Assembly (NCBI GenBank): GCA_021800535.1
Contig: JAJYYV010000004.1
Span: 16,007 to 80,006, forward strand
DNA: 64,000 bases
From: a bacterium
GTDB taxonomy: Bacteria > Ratteibacteria > UBA8468 > B48-G9 > DTJG01
Reading direction: 5' to 3'
In this document: positions 18,754 through 30,069 of the stretch, one piece after another
How the letters are laid out: each line of letters starts with the position of its first letter
Numbering within the stretch: position 1 is the stretch's first letter
The notes under the pieces: model-generated
What the model was told of the DNA's origin: nothing
The model's database searches: none
The model's input: the letters and a program-made list of their open reading frames with translations, nothing else
Program-made: the position numbers and the translations under genes

Positions 18754-19497
18754 ATGAAAATAATAGGAGTTATTCCTGCAAGGTATGGTTCAGAAAGATT
18801 TCCTGGGAAAGTTTTACAGAAAATAGGTCCTCATACAGTGTTAGAACTTTGTTATAATAATGCTAAAAAAAATAAGATCCTTGACAGACTTATTATTGCC
18901 ACTGACAGTGAAAAAATTGTTGATGAAGCCAAAAGAATAGGTGCAGAAGTAATGCTTACTTCTTCTCAATGCCGGTCAGGAAGTGATAGGGTTTTTGAAG
19001 TATCCCGGCAAATAGAATCGGATATATTTATAAATATTCAGGCAGATGAACCATTTATGCCTCAATCTGCAATTGAAAAACCTGTATCTTTTATGGTCTC
19101 TGATAAGAGTATACTATGTGCAACAGCTATAACAAAAATAAGAAATATGGAAGAACTATATAATCCCAATATTACAAAGGTTGTTTTTGATAAAAATGGT
19201 TTTGCTTTATATTTTTCTGCCAGTGTTATTCCTTATCCCAGGGCATATCAATCAATCAAGGAGGCGTTTGATTCAAATATTTTATTCTATAAACACATAG
19301 GACTATATTCCTATAGAAAAAGTTTTCTTGATATTTATAATAAAATGCCAACAGAAAATCTTGAAAGACTTGAAAAACTTGAGCAGTTGAGAATTATGGA
19401 AAATGGATATAAAATAAAAGTGGTAATTGTGGAACAGGATTCTGTTTCCATAGATACTTTAGATGACCTTAAAAAAGTAAATACTTTAGAATTATAG
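18754..19497 (+). CDS. kdsB: CMP-KDO synthetase
   Basis: IPARYGSERFPGK, SGSDR, NIQADEP, HIGLYSY and EKLEQLR motifs. Confidence 0.93.
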   Translation: MKIIGVIPARYGSERFPGKVLQKIGPHTVLELCYNNAKKNKILDRLIIATDSEKIVDEAKRIGAEVMLTSSQCRSGSDRVFEVSRQIESDIFINIQADEPFMPQSAIEKPVSFMVSDKSILCATAITKIRNMEELYNPNITKVVFDKNGFALYFSASVIPYPRAYQSIKEAFDSNILFYKHIGLYSYRKSFLDIYNKMPTENLERLEKLEQLRIMENGYKIKVVIVEQDSVSIDTLDDLKKVNTLEL

Positions 19498-19501
19498 AAA
19501 A

Positions 19502-21106
19502 ATGGCCAAATTTATTTTTATTACAGGAGGGGTGGTTTCTTCCCTGGGAAAAGGAATTGCTTCTGCTTCAATTGGAGCATTGATGGAAAGCCATGGATAT
19601 AAGATAACTATTTTAAAATTAGACCCCTATATAAATGTAGACCCAGGTACAATGAGTCCTTTTCAGCATGGAGAGGTTTATGTTACAGATGATGGTGCAG
19701 AAACAGACCTGGATTTGGGTCATTATGAAAGATTTACAAATACAAAGACAAAAAAATTAAATAATACCACCAGCGGCCAGATTTACTATTCTGTTATTCA
19801 AAAAGAAAGAGAAGGAAAATATCTTGGTAAAACAATTCAGGTTGTTCCTCACATAACAGATGAAATTAAATCCAAAATAACAGATTTATCAAAAGATGTG
19901 GATATTGTTATTTGTGAAATAGGCGGTACTGTAGGGGATATAGAAAGTCTTCCTTTTTTAGAATCTATCAGACAGCTGCATCTACAATCAGATTCTCATG
20001 ATACACTATTTATCCACCTTACTCTTGTTCCTTATATTAAAGCAGCAGAGGAAACAAAAACAAAACCAACCCAGCATTCAGTTGCTATTTTAAGACAGAT
20101 TGGTATACTGCCCCAGATTCTTTTATGCAGAACAGAAAAACCTCTTTCAGATGATATAAAAGAAAAAATAGCACTTTTTTGCAACATAAAAAAGGAAGCA
20201 GTTATTGAAGCGATAGATACAGACCTTATATATGAAATACCTCTTATATTTCACAGACAAAACCTTGATAAAATAATTTTAGGGTTTCTTAATCTAAAAA
20301 TAAAACCAGACCCTGACCTTTTAAAGTGGAAAAATATTATTCACACATTAAGAACAACAAAAAATAGTGTAAAAATAGGTGTGGTAGGTAAATATATTAA
20401 ACTGCAGGATTCTTATAAATCCATATATGAAGCGTTAACACATGGTGGGATTGCAAACAAATTAAAAATAGAATTTATAAAAATTGATTCTGAAGCAATG
20501 GAAAAAGAAGGTCCTGGAAAATTATTAAAAAATGTTGATGGAATAATTGTTCCTGGAGGTTTTGGGATCCGTGGGGTGGAGGGAATGATAGAAACGGTAA
20601 AATACTGTAGAGAAAATAAGATACCTTTCTTAGGTATATGTCTTGGTTTGCAATGTACAATAATTGAATTTGCCCGTCATGTATGCGGATTGAAAAATGC
20701 CCATAGTACAGAATTTATTCCTGAGTGTCCACAACCTGTTGTATGTCTTCTTGATGAACAGAAAATGATGACAAAATTAGGGGGAACAATGAGGTTGGGG
20801 GCATATCCATGTAAAATCATCAAAAACTCTTTTTCTTTTAAGGCATATAGAGAAGAACTAATTTATGAAAGACATAGGCATAGATGGGAATTTAATACTT
20901 CATACTTTGATGAGTTTAAAAAAAATGATATGGTATTTGCAGGACTTTCTCCTGATGAAAAACTTGTTGAGATTGTGGAACTTAAAAATCATCCATTTTT
21001 TGTAGCAACACAATTTCATCCTGAATTTAAATCAAAACCATTTGCCCCTTCCCCATTGTTTTCTTCTTTTATTAAAGCATGCTGGAAATATAGAAAAAAA
21101 TTATGA
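19502..21106 (+). CDS. pyrG: CTP synthase
   Basis: ITGGVVSSLGKG, DPYINVDPGTMSP, GICLG and QFHPEF motifs. Confidence 0.98.
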   Translation: MAKFIFITGGVVSSLGKGIASASIGALMESHGYKITILKLDPYINVDPGTMSPFQHGEVYVTDDGAETDLDLGHYERFTNTKTKKLNNTTSGQIYYSVIQKEREGKYLGKTIQVVPHITDEIKSKITDLSKDVDIVICEIGGTVGDIESLPFLESIRQLHLQSDSHDTLFIHLTLVPYIKAAEETKTKPTQHSVAILRQIGILPQILLCRTEKPLSDDIKEKIALFCNIKKEAVIEAIDTDLIYEIPLIFHRQNLDKIILGFLNLKIKPDPDLLKWKNIIHTLRTTKNSVKIGVVGKYIKLQDSYKSIYEALTHGGIANKLKIEFIKIDSEAMEKEGPGKLLKNVDGIIVPGGFGIRGVEGMIETVKYCRENKIPFLGICLGLQCTIIEFARHVCGLKNAHSTEFIPECPQPVVCLLDEQKMMTKLGGTMRLGAYPCKIIKNSFSFKAYREELIYERHRHRWEFNTSYFDEFKKNDMVFAGLSPDEKLVEIVELKNHPFFVATQFHPEFKSKPFAPSPLFSSFIKACWKYRKKL

Positions 21107-21780
21107 AAACCATTGCGATTATAGAAGATGAACAGGATATTGCAAATCTTATTTCAATAAATCTTCAAAAATCAGGATTTAAGACTGTTATATTTTATGA
21201 TGGAACATCTTTATTTTCTTATCTTAATAAAAAACAGGTTCCTGACCTTGTTATTTTGGATATAATGTTGCCTGATATGGATGGACTGGAAATATGTAAG
21301 TTGTTAAAAAAAAATCCTGATTTTTCCATGATTCCTATTATTTTTCTTACAGCAAAAGGTGAAGAGATTGATAAAATTTTAGGACTTGAATTAGGAGCAG
21401 ATGATTATATTACAAAACCTTTTTCCACAAAAGAACTTATAGCAAGAATAAAAACTATTTTAAGAAGAAGCGAAATGTCCAAAGATTATGGAAATAAAAA
21501 GATTGTGATAAAAAATATTACTATTGACCCTGAAAAATATGAGGTTTTTATAAATAATAAAAAAATAGAACTTACCCTTACAGAATTTAAAATTCTTTAT
21601 TTGTTAGCCTCTAAAAATAGTTTTACTTTTACAAGACGGCAAATTTTAGAGTATCTGTGGGGAAATGAAAAAGCTGTAATAGACAGAACAATAGATGTAC
21701 ATATAAAGCACCTAAGAGAAAAAATGGGTAATAATATAATAAAAAACATTCGTGGTGTTGGCTATAGAATAAATTTATGA
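21103..21780 (+). CDS. phoB: OmpR/PhoB-family response regulator
   Basis: Receiver domain (ILDIMLP, GADDYITKPF) plus winged helix (RTIDVHI). Paired with a PhoR-like kinase. Confidence 0.8.
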   Translation: MKTIAIIEDEQDIANLISINLQKSGFKTVIFYDGTSLFSYLNKKQVPDLVILDIMLPDMDGLEICKLLKKNPDFSMIPIIFLTAKGEEIDKILGLELGADDYITKPFSTKELIARIKTILRRSEMSKDYGNKKIVIKNITIDPEKYEVFINNKKIELTLTEFKILYLLASKNSFTFTRRQILEYLWGNEKAVIDRTIDVHIKHLREKMGNNIIKNIRGVGYRINL

Positions 21781-23087
21781 AAAAACCTTTATTTTTTAAA
21801 AGTATTGTAATTTATTTTTCTATTTTATTTGTTTTGTTATTATTTCTTATCCCTGTAGTTAAAAAATCCATTCCTATATTTATTTTTTTATTTCTTTTTT
21901 TAGCCATAGGATTGTTTATACTTGTTTTTTATTCTTTTTCAAAAACCTTGCATGAGATAGAGGATTCCATAAAAAAATTAGGTAATGGAAAATTTGATAC
22001 AAGAGTTTATTTAAAACCTGGCAATCAATTTGAATTTCTTTCCCAGTCTTTTAATTATATGAGTCATAATATAGAAGAAAAAATTCTACAGATTACCAAT
22101 GAGATGCAGGATGTTAAAAATATTATACACTCTTTAGAAGAACCATTTGTAATAATTGATGAAAAAGATAATATTATTGTTACAAATGAACAATTTGAAA
22201 ATATAATAAGTTTTTCTGATGTAAAAAACAAAAAATATTGGGAGGTTTTAAGAGATATATTTTTTGATAATTTAATAAAGGAAATACGGGATAAAAAAGA
22301 AATAGAAACAGGAAAAGTTTATTTTGATGAAAAAATTTTTATGTGTAAAGGAATCTTTCTTTCTTCAAGTAAAACAGTGGCAATAATTTTTTATGATATC
22401 ACAGAAAAAAATAGTTTTGAAAAAATTAAAAAAGATTTTGTTGCGAATGTTTCACATGAGTTAAAAACCCCCCTTACAGCAATAAAAGGTTATGTAGAAA
22501 CTCTGAAAGAAGAAACCAATGAAGAACAGAAAAAATTTATACAGATAATAAAAAAACATCTTGAAAGAATTACAAATATTGTTAATGGGCTTTTGACTTT
22601 ATCAGAAATAGAATCTACAGAAATAATCAAAGAAAAAGAAATTGTTGATATTAATAATCTTATTAAGGATATAACTTCAATATTTGAAAAAGATATCAGG
22701 GAAAAAAATCTTTTTTTTAGAGTGGAGCCTGGGAAAAATATTACTCCAGTAATGGCTGACAGGTTTAAGATTGAACAGGTTTTTATAAATCTTATAGATA
22801 ACGCTATTAAATATACAGATACAGGCGGAATAACAATAAGGCTGAATAAAGAAAAAAACAGTTTTATTATAAAAGTGGAAGATACAGGTATAGGGATACC
22901 CAAAGAACATTTAGATAGAATATTTGAAAGATTTTATGTGGTGGATAAGGCAAGATCAAGAAAATATGGAGGAGCAGGTTTAGGTCTTTCAATTGTAAAG
23001 CATATAATTTTACAGCATAATGGAGAGATTCATGTAGAAAGCCAATATGGTAAAGGAACAAGATTTACTATCATTCTTCCTATATAA
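21777..23087 (+). CDS. phoR: PhoR-like sensor histidine kinase
   Basis: TM-HAMP-PAS, FVANVSHELKTPLT and IFERFYVVDKARSR..GGAGLGLSIVKH motifs. Confidence 0.85.
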   Translation: MKKPLFFKSIVIYFSILFVLLLFLIPVVKKSIPIFIFLFLFLAIGLFILVFYSFSKTLHEIEDSIKKLGNGKFDTRVYLKPGNQFEFLSQSFNYMSHNIEEKILQITNEMQDVKNIIHSLEEPFVIIDEKDNIIVTNEQFENIISFSDVKNKKYWEVLRDIFFDNLIKEIRDKKEIETGKVYFDEKIFMCKGIFLSSSKTVAIIFYDITEKNSFEKIKKDFVANVSHELKTPLTAIKGYVETLKEETNEEQKKFIQIIKKHLERITNIVNGLLTLSEIESTEIIKEKEIVDINNLIKDITSIFEKDIREKNLFFRVEPGKNITPVMADRFKIEQVFINLIDNAIKYTDTGGITIRLNKEKNSFIIKVEDTGIGIPKEHLDRIFERFYVVDKARSRKYGGAGLGLSIVKHIILQHNGEIHVESQYGKGTRFTIILPI

Positions 23088-23145
23088 TAAAAATATGATA
23101 TAATTTATTATTAATACCCAGTTTTAACTTAAAGTGGAGGGACAA

Positions 23146-23637
23146 ATGGTTCTTAAATATCTTAATGAAGATGAAATTTTAAAGGTTGCCATTAATGTGG
23201 AAAAAGAAGGAATAGAATTTTATAAAAAATCAGCTTCTTTTTCTAAAGTTGAGAAAGCAAAAAATGTTTTTCAATATCTTGTTGAGGAAGAAGAAAAACA
23301 TCTGGAATATTTTACTAAATTGGATAAACAAATTGAGTTTATAAAGTTTATACCAGAAGATATTGATGAGGAAGTATCAATGTACTTAAGAAGTTTGATA
23401 GATACAGGTATATTTTCAAAAAAATTTTCTGATAATGATTGGGCAGGTTTTACTGATAAAAAGGCATTGGAATTTGGTATAAATGTTGAAAAAAATTCAA
23501 TACTTTTTTATTCTGAAGTTTTAAAAATTACAGAAAATGAAAGTGCTGTTAAATCTTTAAAAAAAATAATAGAGGAAGAAAGAAGACATCTTATTGCATT
23601 AACAACACATTGGAAAGAATTAGATAATAACATTTAA
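23146..23637 (+). CDS. Ferritin-like / rubrerythrin-family protein
   Basis: Two E..G..FY...EE..H di-iron motifs. ATG 23146 follows a GGAGG SD. Confidence 0.85.
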   Translation: MVLKYLNEDEILKVAINVEKEGIEFYKKSASFSKVEKAKNVFQYLVEEEEKHLEYFTKLDKQIEFIKFIPEDIDEEVSMYLRSLIDTGIFSKKFSDNDWAGFTDKKALEFGINVEKNSILFYSEVLKITENESAVKSLKKIIEEERRHLIALTTHWKELDNNI

Positions 23638-23669
23638 TAATCCATAAATATCAAATGGAGTAAATAATT

Positions 23670-24793
23670 ATGGCAGCAAAAGTTTATCATATATTACCAC
23701 AGTCAAAAGATTTTAATTATGAGTCAGGTCTTCAGGGAAAATTTGAAAAATTTCTAAAAGAATTTGATTTTTCTTCCTATATACCGGAAAATGAGATTGT
23801 TCCTTTAAAGATGCATCTTGGTGGTAGAGGGGCTTTCCGTACAATACGGCCCCAATTTGTAAGATTAGTGATTGAATCTGTAAAAAAAATTCCAGCAAAA
23901 CCTTTTGTTACAGATTCTGTAAGGGCTCCCGGATATGAATATCTTGAAATTGCCAGAGATGCAGGTTATACACATCTTACATTAGATGCTCCGGTGATTA
24001 TGGCTGATGGAATATTTGGTAGAGATTCTATAAAGGTTTATGCAGGAAAAACAATTGGAGAAATAGCTATAGCCTCATCTATTCATGATGCCCAGTCTAT
24101 GATTGTTCTTACACATGTTAAAGGACATATTCAGGCTACATTGGGAGGAGCCATAAAAAATGTATCAATGGGTGGGGTTTCTGCATCTCCAAGAGGTTCT
24201 GATTGGCATGAAGGCAGAGGTAAGATGCATTTTCTTATGGGGGATTTAATGCAATGGAATCAGGAAAAATGTATACTTTGTTTTAATTGTATGAAGATAT
24301 GTCCTACGCAGTGTATTACATTTCCTGATAATAAATATACAGTAGACAAGGAAAAATGCTGGAGATGTGGTCGTTGTGCAAGGGTATGTTCTACTGAAGC
24401 TCTTACAGTTCCTGTTAGTCATGAAATGTTTATGAAAGCATTGGCAGAGGGGGCTAATGCTGTATTGTCTACTTTTCAGCCTCATAGAATTGTATATATA
24501 AGTTTTTTGTTGGAAATGCAGCCTGAATGTGATTGTATGCCTTTTGCAGATACGCCGGTTGCTCAGGACCAGGGGATTTTAATATCGGATGATATTGTAG
24601 CAATTGATACAGCCCCACACTTGATATATTAAGTAAAGTTAAACCTTTGCCGGATTCCAGGGCACAGGATATTAAACCAAAAGAGGGCTGGGATATATTT
24701 AGTCTTATCCATAAAAAGGATGCAAGATTTCAGATAAAAGAAGCAGAAAGATTAGGATTAGGAACAAGTAATTATGAATTGATTACTATTTAA
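23670..24793 (+). pseudogene. DUF362-family Fe-S protein with 2[4Fe-4S] ferredoxin domain, frameshifted near the 3' end
   Basis: THVKGH...GGAIKN, two CxxCxxCxxxC motifs and PECDC. The frame stops at 24632, but another frame continues LDILSKVKP...AERLGLGTSNYELITI* to 24793. Confidence 0.8.
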
Positions 24794-24808
24794 AAACTGG
24801 AGGATGAA

Positions 24809-25048
24809 ATGGTTAAACAGGTAAAATCTTCATTGGTTGAAGAAGTGGAAAAAGCAACAGTATCCTTTTGGTATGTAAAAGAAGGTTCAGAAATTAAAAA
24901 AAGTGAATCTTTGGTAGAACTTGTTACAGAAAAAACATCATTTACCTTTGAATCTCCATTTTCAGGTAAAATAACAAAAATTCTGGTAGAGGAAGGTAAA
25001 GAAATATCCAATAATCAGGTGATTGCAGAAATTGAAACAAATGATTAA
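24809..25048 (+). CDS. Stand-alone lipoyl/biotinyl-attachment domain protein
   Basis: WYVKEG...LVELVTEKTSFTFESPFSG.I..I.VEEG pattern with the conserved Lys. Confidence 0.85.
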   Translation: MVKQVKSSLVEEVEKATVSFWYVKEGSEIKKSESLVELVTEKTSFTFESPFSGKITKILVEEGKEISNNQVIAEIETND

Positions 25049-26216
25049 ATTTGAATCAGAAAGAATAAAAAATTTAGGAACATATATTTTTCAGTCTATC
25101 AATGATAAAAAAGCCAAGGCCCGTAAAGAAGGAAAAGATATTATAGACCTTGGAATGGGAAATCCGGATTTAAAACCTCCCCAGCCTGTTATAGATAAAT
25201 TAATAGAATGTGCAGGTTCATCAAAGGTTCATAGATATAGTGCATCAAAAGGCATAAAAAAATTAAGGGAAGAGATTTGTAAATGGTATAACAGAAAATA
25301 TGATGTTCAATTAAATAGTGAAGAGGAATCTGTTGTATGTATTGGTTCCAAGGAAGGAATTAATCATCTTGCTCTTGCTATTTTTGATAATGGGGATACT
25401 ATTTTAATTCCAAATCCAACATATCCCAGTCATTTTTATGCTGTGCTGATAACAGGAGCAAACATATTTGAAATTCCACTCAGTCAGGAAAATTCTTTTA
25501 TCCCTGATTTAGGAAAGATTCCTATTTCAGGTATTTGCAATCCTACTACATTAATACTTAGTTATCCTAATAATCCGACAACACAGGTTGTAGAAATAGA
25601 TTTTTTTAAAGAGGTTGTTAAATTTGCCAAAAAACATAATTTAATTGTAATTCACGATTTTGCTTATGCAGAAATATGTTTTGATGGATATAAAGCTCCA
25701 AGTTTTCTTCAGGTGGAAGGAGCAAAAGATGTAGGAATTGAATTCTATTCTCTTTCAAAAACATATAGTATGGCAGGATGGCGTGTTGGTTTTGCTGTTG
25801 GTAAAAAAGAAATTATTAGTTCGCTTGCCAAGCTTAAAAGTTATTATGATTATGGAATATTTACCCCTATTCAGGTCGCTTCTATTACAGCTTTAAAATT
25901 GGATGATAAATATGCAAGACAAACTGCGGAAATCTATAGAAAACGGAGAGATACTTTTATAGATGGATTAAATAGAATTGGATGGCAGACAGAAAAACCA
26001 AAAGCTACAATGTATGTATGGGCAAAAATACCGGATAAATTCAAAGAAATGGGTTCAATGGATTTTGCCATGATGCTGTTGGAAAAATGTGAAGTTGCCG
26101 TTTCTCCGGGAATAGGATTTGGGAATCATGGAGAAGGTTATGTAAGAATTGCTCTTGTTGAAAATGAACAAAGATTAAAACAAGCTATACAGAATATAAA
26201 AAAAATATTCAAATAA
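25041..26216 (+). CDS. Class I/II PLP aminotransferase (AlaC / LL-DAP aminotransferase-like)
   Basis: DLGMGNPD, GSKEG, YPNNPT, HDFAY and SLSKTYSMAGWRVG motifs. Confidence 0.9.
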   Translation: MIKFESERIKNLGTYIFQSINDKKAKARKEGKDIIDLGMGNPDLKPPQPVIDKLIECAGSSKVHRYSASKGIKKLREEICKWYNRKYDVQLNSEEESVVCIGSKEGINHLALAIFDNGDTILIPNPTYPSHFYAVLITGANIFEIPLSQENSFIPDLGKIPISGICNPTTLILSYPNNPTTQVVEIDFFKEVVKFAKKHNLIVIHDFAYAEICFDGYKAPSFLQVEGAKDVGIEFYSLSKTYSMAGWRVGFAVGKKEIISSLAKLKSYYDYGIFTPIQVASITALKLDDKYARQTAEIYRKRRDTFIDGLNRIGWQTEKPKATMYVWAKIPDKFKEMGSMDFAMMLLEKCEVAVSPGIGFGNHGEGYVRIALVENEQRLKQAIQNIKKIFK

Positions 26217-26221
26217 AATTT

Positions 26222-26295
26222 GGGCGGTTAGCTCAGATGGCTAGAGTGTCACGTTGACATCGTGAAGGTCGCAGGTTCAAGTCCTGCACCGCCCA
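26222..26295 (+). tRNA. tRNA-Val(GAC)
   Basis: Cloverleaf with acceptor GGGCGGT/ACCGCCC, anticodon arm TCACG-TTGACAT-CGTGA and T-loop TTCAAGT. CCA not encoded. Confidence 0.95.
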
Positions 26296-26370
26296 GTATT
26301 TTGGTATCTTTGAAAAAGGACTTGAACCTATAGAATGTATTTTTAAAGAAATTTAAAAAGGAGTCTCACC

Positions 26371-27435
26371 ATCATTAAGAAAAAATTTCCCTGGCAATTT
26401 AAAATAGCAAAGATTTATGGAATAGATATTTATCTGCACCTTACTTTTATTCTTTTTATTTTATTCCTTATCTTTTTAGGAATAGACCAGTATGGGGTTT
26501 CCAAAGGAATTCAAAGTGTCATTTTTATACTTGCTATTTTTCTTACAGTAATTATCCATGAACTTTCACATAGTATTGTAGGAATAAAATTAGGCGGAAA
26601 GGTTAAAAATATTCTTTTGCTTCCTATAGGCGGGGTTTCTCAAATGGAGAAAATTCCTGAAACCCCTTTATCAGAATTAAAAATGACAGTTGCCGGACCG
26701 GCAACAAATTTTGTTATAGCCGGACTGGTATATCTTTTTACACATCCTGGATTTGGAAAAAATTTTTCCACTTCTTTTTCCCGTGATTTTATAGAGATTA
26801 ATCTTTTATTGGGGGCTTTTAACCTGCTGCCGGCTTTTCCAATGGATGGTGGAAGGATATTAAGGTCAATAATAGCAATTAAAAAAAATTATTATTATGG
26901 AACCAAAATTGCCATTTTAGTTGGTAAAATATTTTCTATCTTAATGATTTTTGGCGGATTATTTTTTAATCCATGGATTTCATTTATTGGTCTTTTTGTA
27001 TTTTTTGGTGCGAATGCAGAGGAAAAAGTTTTTCTAATGCATAATTTTCTTAAAGATGTTAAAGCACAGGATATTATGAGAAGTAATTTTTGTATTGTAG
27101 GTTCTGAAGAGACTTTGAATAATGTTATAGATAATTGCTTTAAACAGGGTGGTAGCATTGCTATATATAACATAGAAAATCAGATTTTTTACCTGACAAA
27201 AAATATGGCAATAAATTTAAATAAAAAATCTTTTTCTCAGGAATATGTAAAAAATCTTGGCAAACAGTCCACACTTATTATTCCTTTGGACTATCCTGCA
27301 GAAAATGTTGCTAATATTATTTTTTCCAGAAAATCTGAAGTGGCAATTGTTATAGATGAAGGACAAATAAAAGGTGTTATTCTTCAGGAAGCAATATCTG
27401 ACTATATTTCTTTTAAGGAATCTATGATGAGATAA
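26371..27435 (+). CDS. Site-2 (M50) zinc metalloprotease with C-terminal CBS-like domains
   Basis: HELSH lies in frame upstream of the track's TTG start. AGPATN and FNLLPAFPMDGGR motifs present. AAGGAG SD sits 7 nt before an in-frame ATC at 26371. Confidence 0.85.
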   Translation: MIKKKFPWQFKIAKIYGIDIYLHLTFILFILFLIFLGIDQYGVSKGIQSVIFILAIFLTVIIHELSHSIVGIKLGGKVKNILLLPIGGVSQMEKIPETPLSELKMTVAGPATNFVIAGLVYLFTHPGFGKNFSTSFSRDFIEINLLLGAFNLLPAFPMDGGRILRSIIAIKKNYYYGTKIAILVGKIFSILMIFGGLFFNPWISFIGLFVFFGANAEEKVFLMHNFLKDVKAQDIMRSNFCIVGSEETLNNVIDNCFKQGGSIAIYNIENQIFYLTKNMAINLNKKSFSQEYVKNLGKQSTLIIPLDYPAENVANIIFSRKSEVAIVIDEGQIKGVILQEAISDYISFKESMMR

Positions 27436-27491
27436 TAATTATATGATAAAATGTAATAAAAAAAGCTCATAATAGGAGGAATAGGAAAGAT

Positions 27492-30062
27492 ATGAATTTT
27501 GAAAAATTTACAGCTAAAAGTCAGCAAGCCATTGTTTCTGCACAAAATCTTGCAATGGAACGACATCATCAGCAGATAGATGTTGTCCATTTAATGCTGG
27601 GAATGCTTTCAACAGATTTTATTCAGGATTTTTTAAAATCTCTTAATGTGAATATTAAAATTTTAGAAAAAACCCTTACAGAACAGATTGATAAAATTCC
27701 ACAGGTTTCTACTGTTGGAGAACAATTATATATTACTCCTACATTAAACCATGTATTTATTCAGGCAGAAAAAGAGGCAAAAAATCTTAAGGATGAATAT
27801 ATCAGTCTTGAGCATCTTTTACTTGCTTTATGTGAAGTTGAAAGTCCTGTTAAGAAAATCCTTAGGGATGTAGATGTATTTAAAGAAAGAGTCCTTAAAA
27901 ATGTAGAACAGATACGGCAGGGGGAACATGTGACTGAAAACAATGCAGAAGAAAAATATGGTGCCCTTGAAAAATATACACGAAATCTGACTGAGTTGGC
28001 AGCAAAAGGTAAGGTGGACCCGGTTATTGGAAGAGATGAGGAAATTAGAAGAGTTATACAGGTTCTTTCCCGTAGAACCAAGAACAATCCTGTATTAATT
28101 GGTGAAGCAGGTGTGGGAAAAACAGCGATTGTTGAAGGTCTTGCAAAAAGAATTGTAATTGGAGATGTTCCTGAAAGTTTAAAAAAGAAATCTGTATTAT
28201 CACTTGATTTGGGTTTGTTAATTGCCGGTGCAAAATTCAGGGGGGAATTTGAAGAAAGATTAAAATCAATTTTAAAAGAAATTGAAAAAAGAGAAGGGGA
28301 GATAATAATATTTATAGATGAAATCCACACTCTTGTTGGAGCAGGAGCTGCTGAAGGGGCTATAGATGCTTCAAATATGCTTAAACCTGCTCTTGCCAGG
28401 GGAACATTACAATGTATTGGAGCAACAACATTAGATGAGTATAGAAAATACATAGAAAAAGATAGAGCTCTTGAAAGAAGATTTCAGCCTGTGTATGTTG
28501 GAGAACCTTCTGTGGAAGAAACGATTTCAATATTAAGAGGACTAAAAGAAAGATACGAGATACATCATGGTGTAAAGATTACAGATAGTGCTCTTATTTC
28601 TGCGGCTGTTCTTTCCAGCAGATATATTACAGACAGACATCTTCCTGATAAAGCTATTGACCTTATAGATGAGGCTGCCAGTAAATTGCGTATGGAAATG
28701 GAAAGTAAACCCCAGCCTATTGATGAACTTGAAAGAAAAATCATGCAGTTAAATATTGAAAAACAGGCTCTTAAAAAAGAAGATACCAAAGAATCCAAAG
28801 AAAGACTTAAAAAAATAGAAAATGAACTTGTTCATCTTACCAAAGAAAAAAATACTCTTGAGCTACAATGGAACGAAGAGAAAAAAATTATTGAAAAAAT
28901 AAAAAAAATAAAACAGAACATTGAATCAGCAAAACATATTATTGAAGAGTCTGAAAGAAAAGGGGACCTTGATAAAGCGGCAGAATATAAATATGGTAAA
29001 TTAATTGAACTTCAAAAACAGTTAGACAAAGAAAGTAAAGAATTAAACAATAAAGACAAAGCCGGGAAATTTCTTAAAGAAGAGGTGGACCAGGAAGACA
29101 TTGCTGCTATTGTTTCCAAATGGACAGGAATTCCTGTTGCCAAAATGCTTGAAGGAGAAATAGAAAAACTGATTTCTCTTGAGGATAATCTTTCTAAAAG
29201 AGTTATAGGACAGTCTACAGCTATATCTATTATTTCAAATGCTATAAGAAGAAACAGGGCGGGTCTTTCAGATTTTAAAAAGCCTATAGGTTCTTTTATT
29301 TTTATGGGCCCTACTGGGGTAGGAAAAACAGAACTTGCAAAAGCATTAGCAGAATTTTTATTTAATGATGAAAACGCTATAGTTAGGATAGATATGAGCG
29401 AATACATGGAAAAATTTTCTGTTTCCCGGCTTATAGGGGCTCCCCCTGGTTATGTAGGATATGAAGAAGGAGGGCAATTAACAGAAAAGATTAGAAGAAG
29501 ACCTTATAGTATAGTGCTTCTGGATGAAATTGAAAAGGCTCATCCAGAGGTATTTAATGTGTTATTGCAGTTACTTGATGATGGAAGATTAACAGATGGA
29601 CAGGGTAGAACAGTAGATTTTAGAAATACTATAATAATAATGACTTCCAACCTTGGCAGTCAATACTTCCAGCTTTTTAAAGATTTTTCTGATATTTCAA
29701 AGAAGATAGATGATTTATTAAAAACAAAGTTTAGACCTGAATTTTTAAATAGGATAGATGAGATTATTATATTTAATCAGTTAACCGAGGAAGACTTAAT
29801 TAAAATAGTGGATATACAGATTTCTTATTTAAAACAACGGCTCGCTTTGAAAAATATAAATATTAACCTGACTGATTCAGCGAAGAAATATTTAGCAAAA
29901 AAAGGCTATGATGTTAATTATGGGGCAAGACCATTAAAAAGACTTATTCAGAGAGAAATAGAAAATGTTTTAGCAATGAAAATACTTAGTGGAGAATTTA
30001 AAGAAGGGAATACTATAACTATTGATGAAAAAGATAAAGAGATAATTTTTATCAAAAAATAG
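27492..30062 (+). CDS. clpB: ATP-dependent chaperone ClpB
   Basis: Two AAA+ modules ([16 protein letters not shown]), long coiled-coil M domain, 856 aa. Confidence 0.96.
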   Translation: MNFEKFTAKSQQAIVSAQNLAMERHHQQIDVVHLMLGMLSTDFIQDFLKSLNVNIKILEKTLTEQIDKIPQVSTVGEQLYITPTLNHVFIQAEKEAKNLKDEYISLEHLLLALCEVESPVKKILRDVDVFKERVLKNVEQIRQGEHVTENNAEEKYGALEKYTRNLTELAAKGKVDPVIGRDEEIRRVIQVLSRRTKNNPVLIGEAGVGKTAIVEGLAKRIVIGDVPESLKKKSVLSLDLGLLIAGAKFRGEFEERLKSILKEIEKREGEIIIFIDEIHTLVGAGAAEGAIDASNMLKPALARGTLQCIGATTLDEYRKYIEKDRALERRFQPVYVGEPSVEETISILRGLKERYEIHHGVKITDSALISAAVLSSRYITDRHLPDKAIDLIDEAASKLRMEMESKPQPIDELERKIMQLNIEKQALKKEDTKESKERLKKIENELVHLTKEKNTLELQWNEEKKIIEKIKKIKQNIESAKHIIEESERKGDLDKAAEYKYGKLIELQKQLDKESKELNNKDKAGKFLKEEVDQEDIAAIVSKWTGIPVAKMLEGEIEKLISLEDNLSKRVIGQSTAISIISNAIRRNRAGLSDFKKPIGSFIFMGPTGVGKTELAKALAEFLFNDENAIVRIDMSEYMEKFSVSRLIGAPPGYVGYEEGGQLTEKIRRRPYSIVLLDEIEKAHPEVFNVLLQLLDDGRLTDGQGRTVDFRNTIIIMTSNLGSQYFQLFKDFSDISKKIDDLLKTKFRPEFLNRIDEIIIFNQLTEEDLIKIVDIQISYLKQRLALKNININLTDSAKKYLAKKGYDVNYGARPLKRLIQREIENVLAMKILSGEFKEGNTITIDEKDKEIIFIKK

Positions 30063-30069
30063 AGATGTG

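Noticed and set aside
27761..29407. Long minus-strand ORFs within clpB
   Set aside because: Antisense frames of a highly conserved gene with no recognisable motifs.
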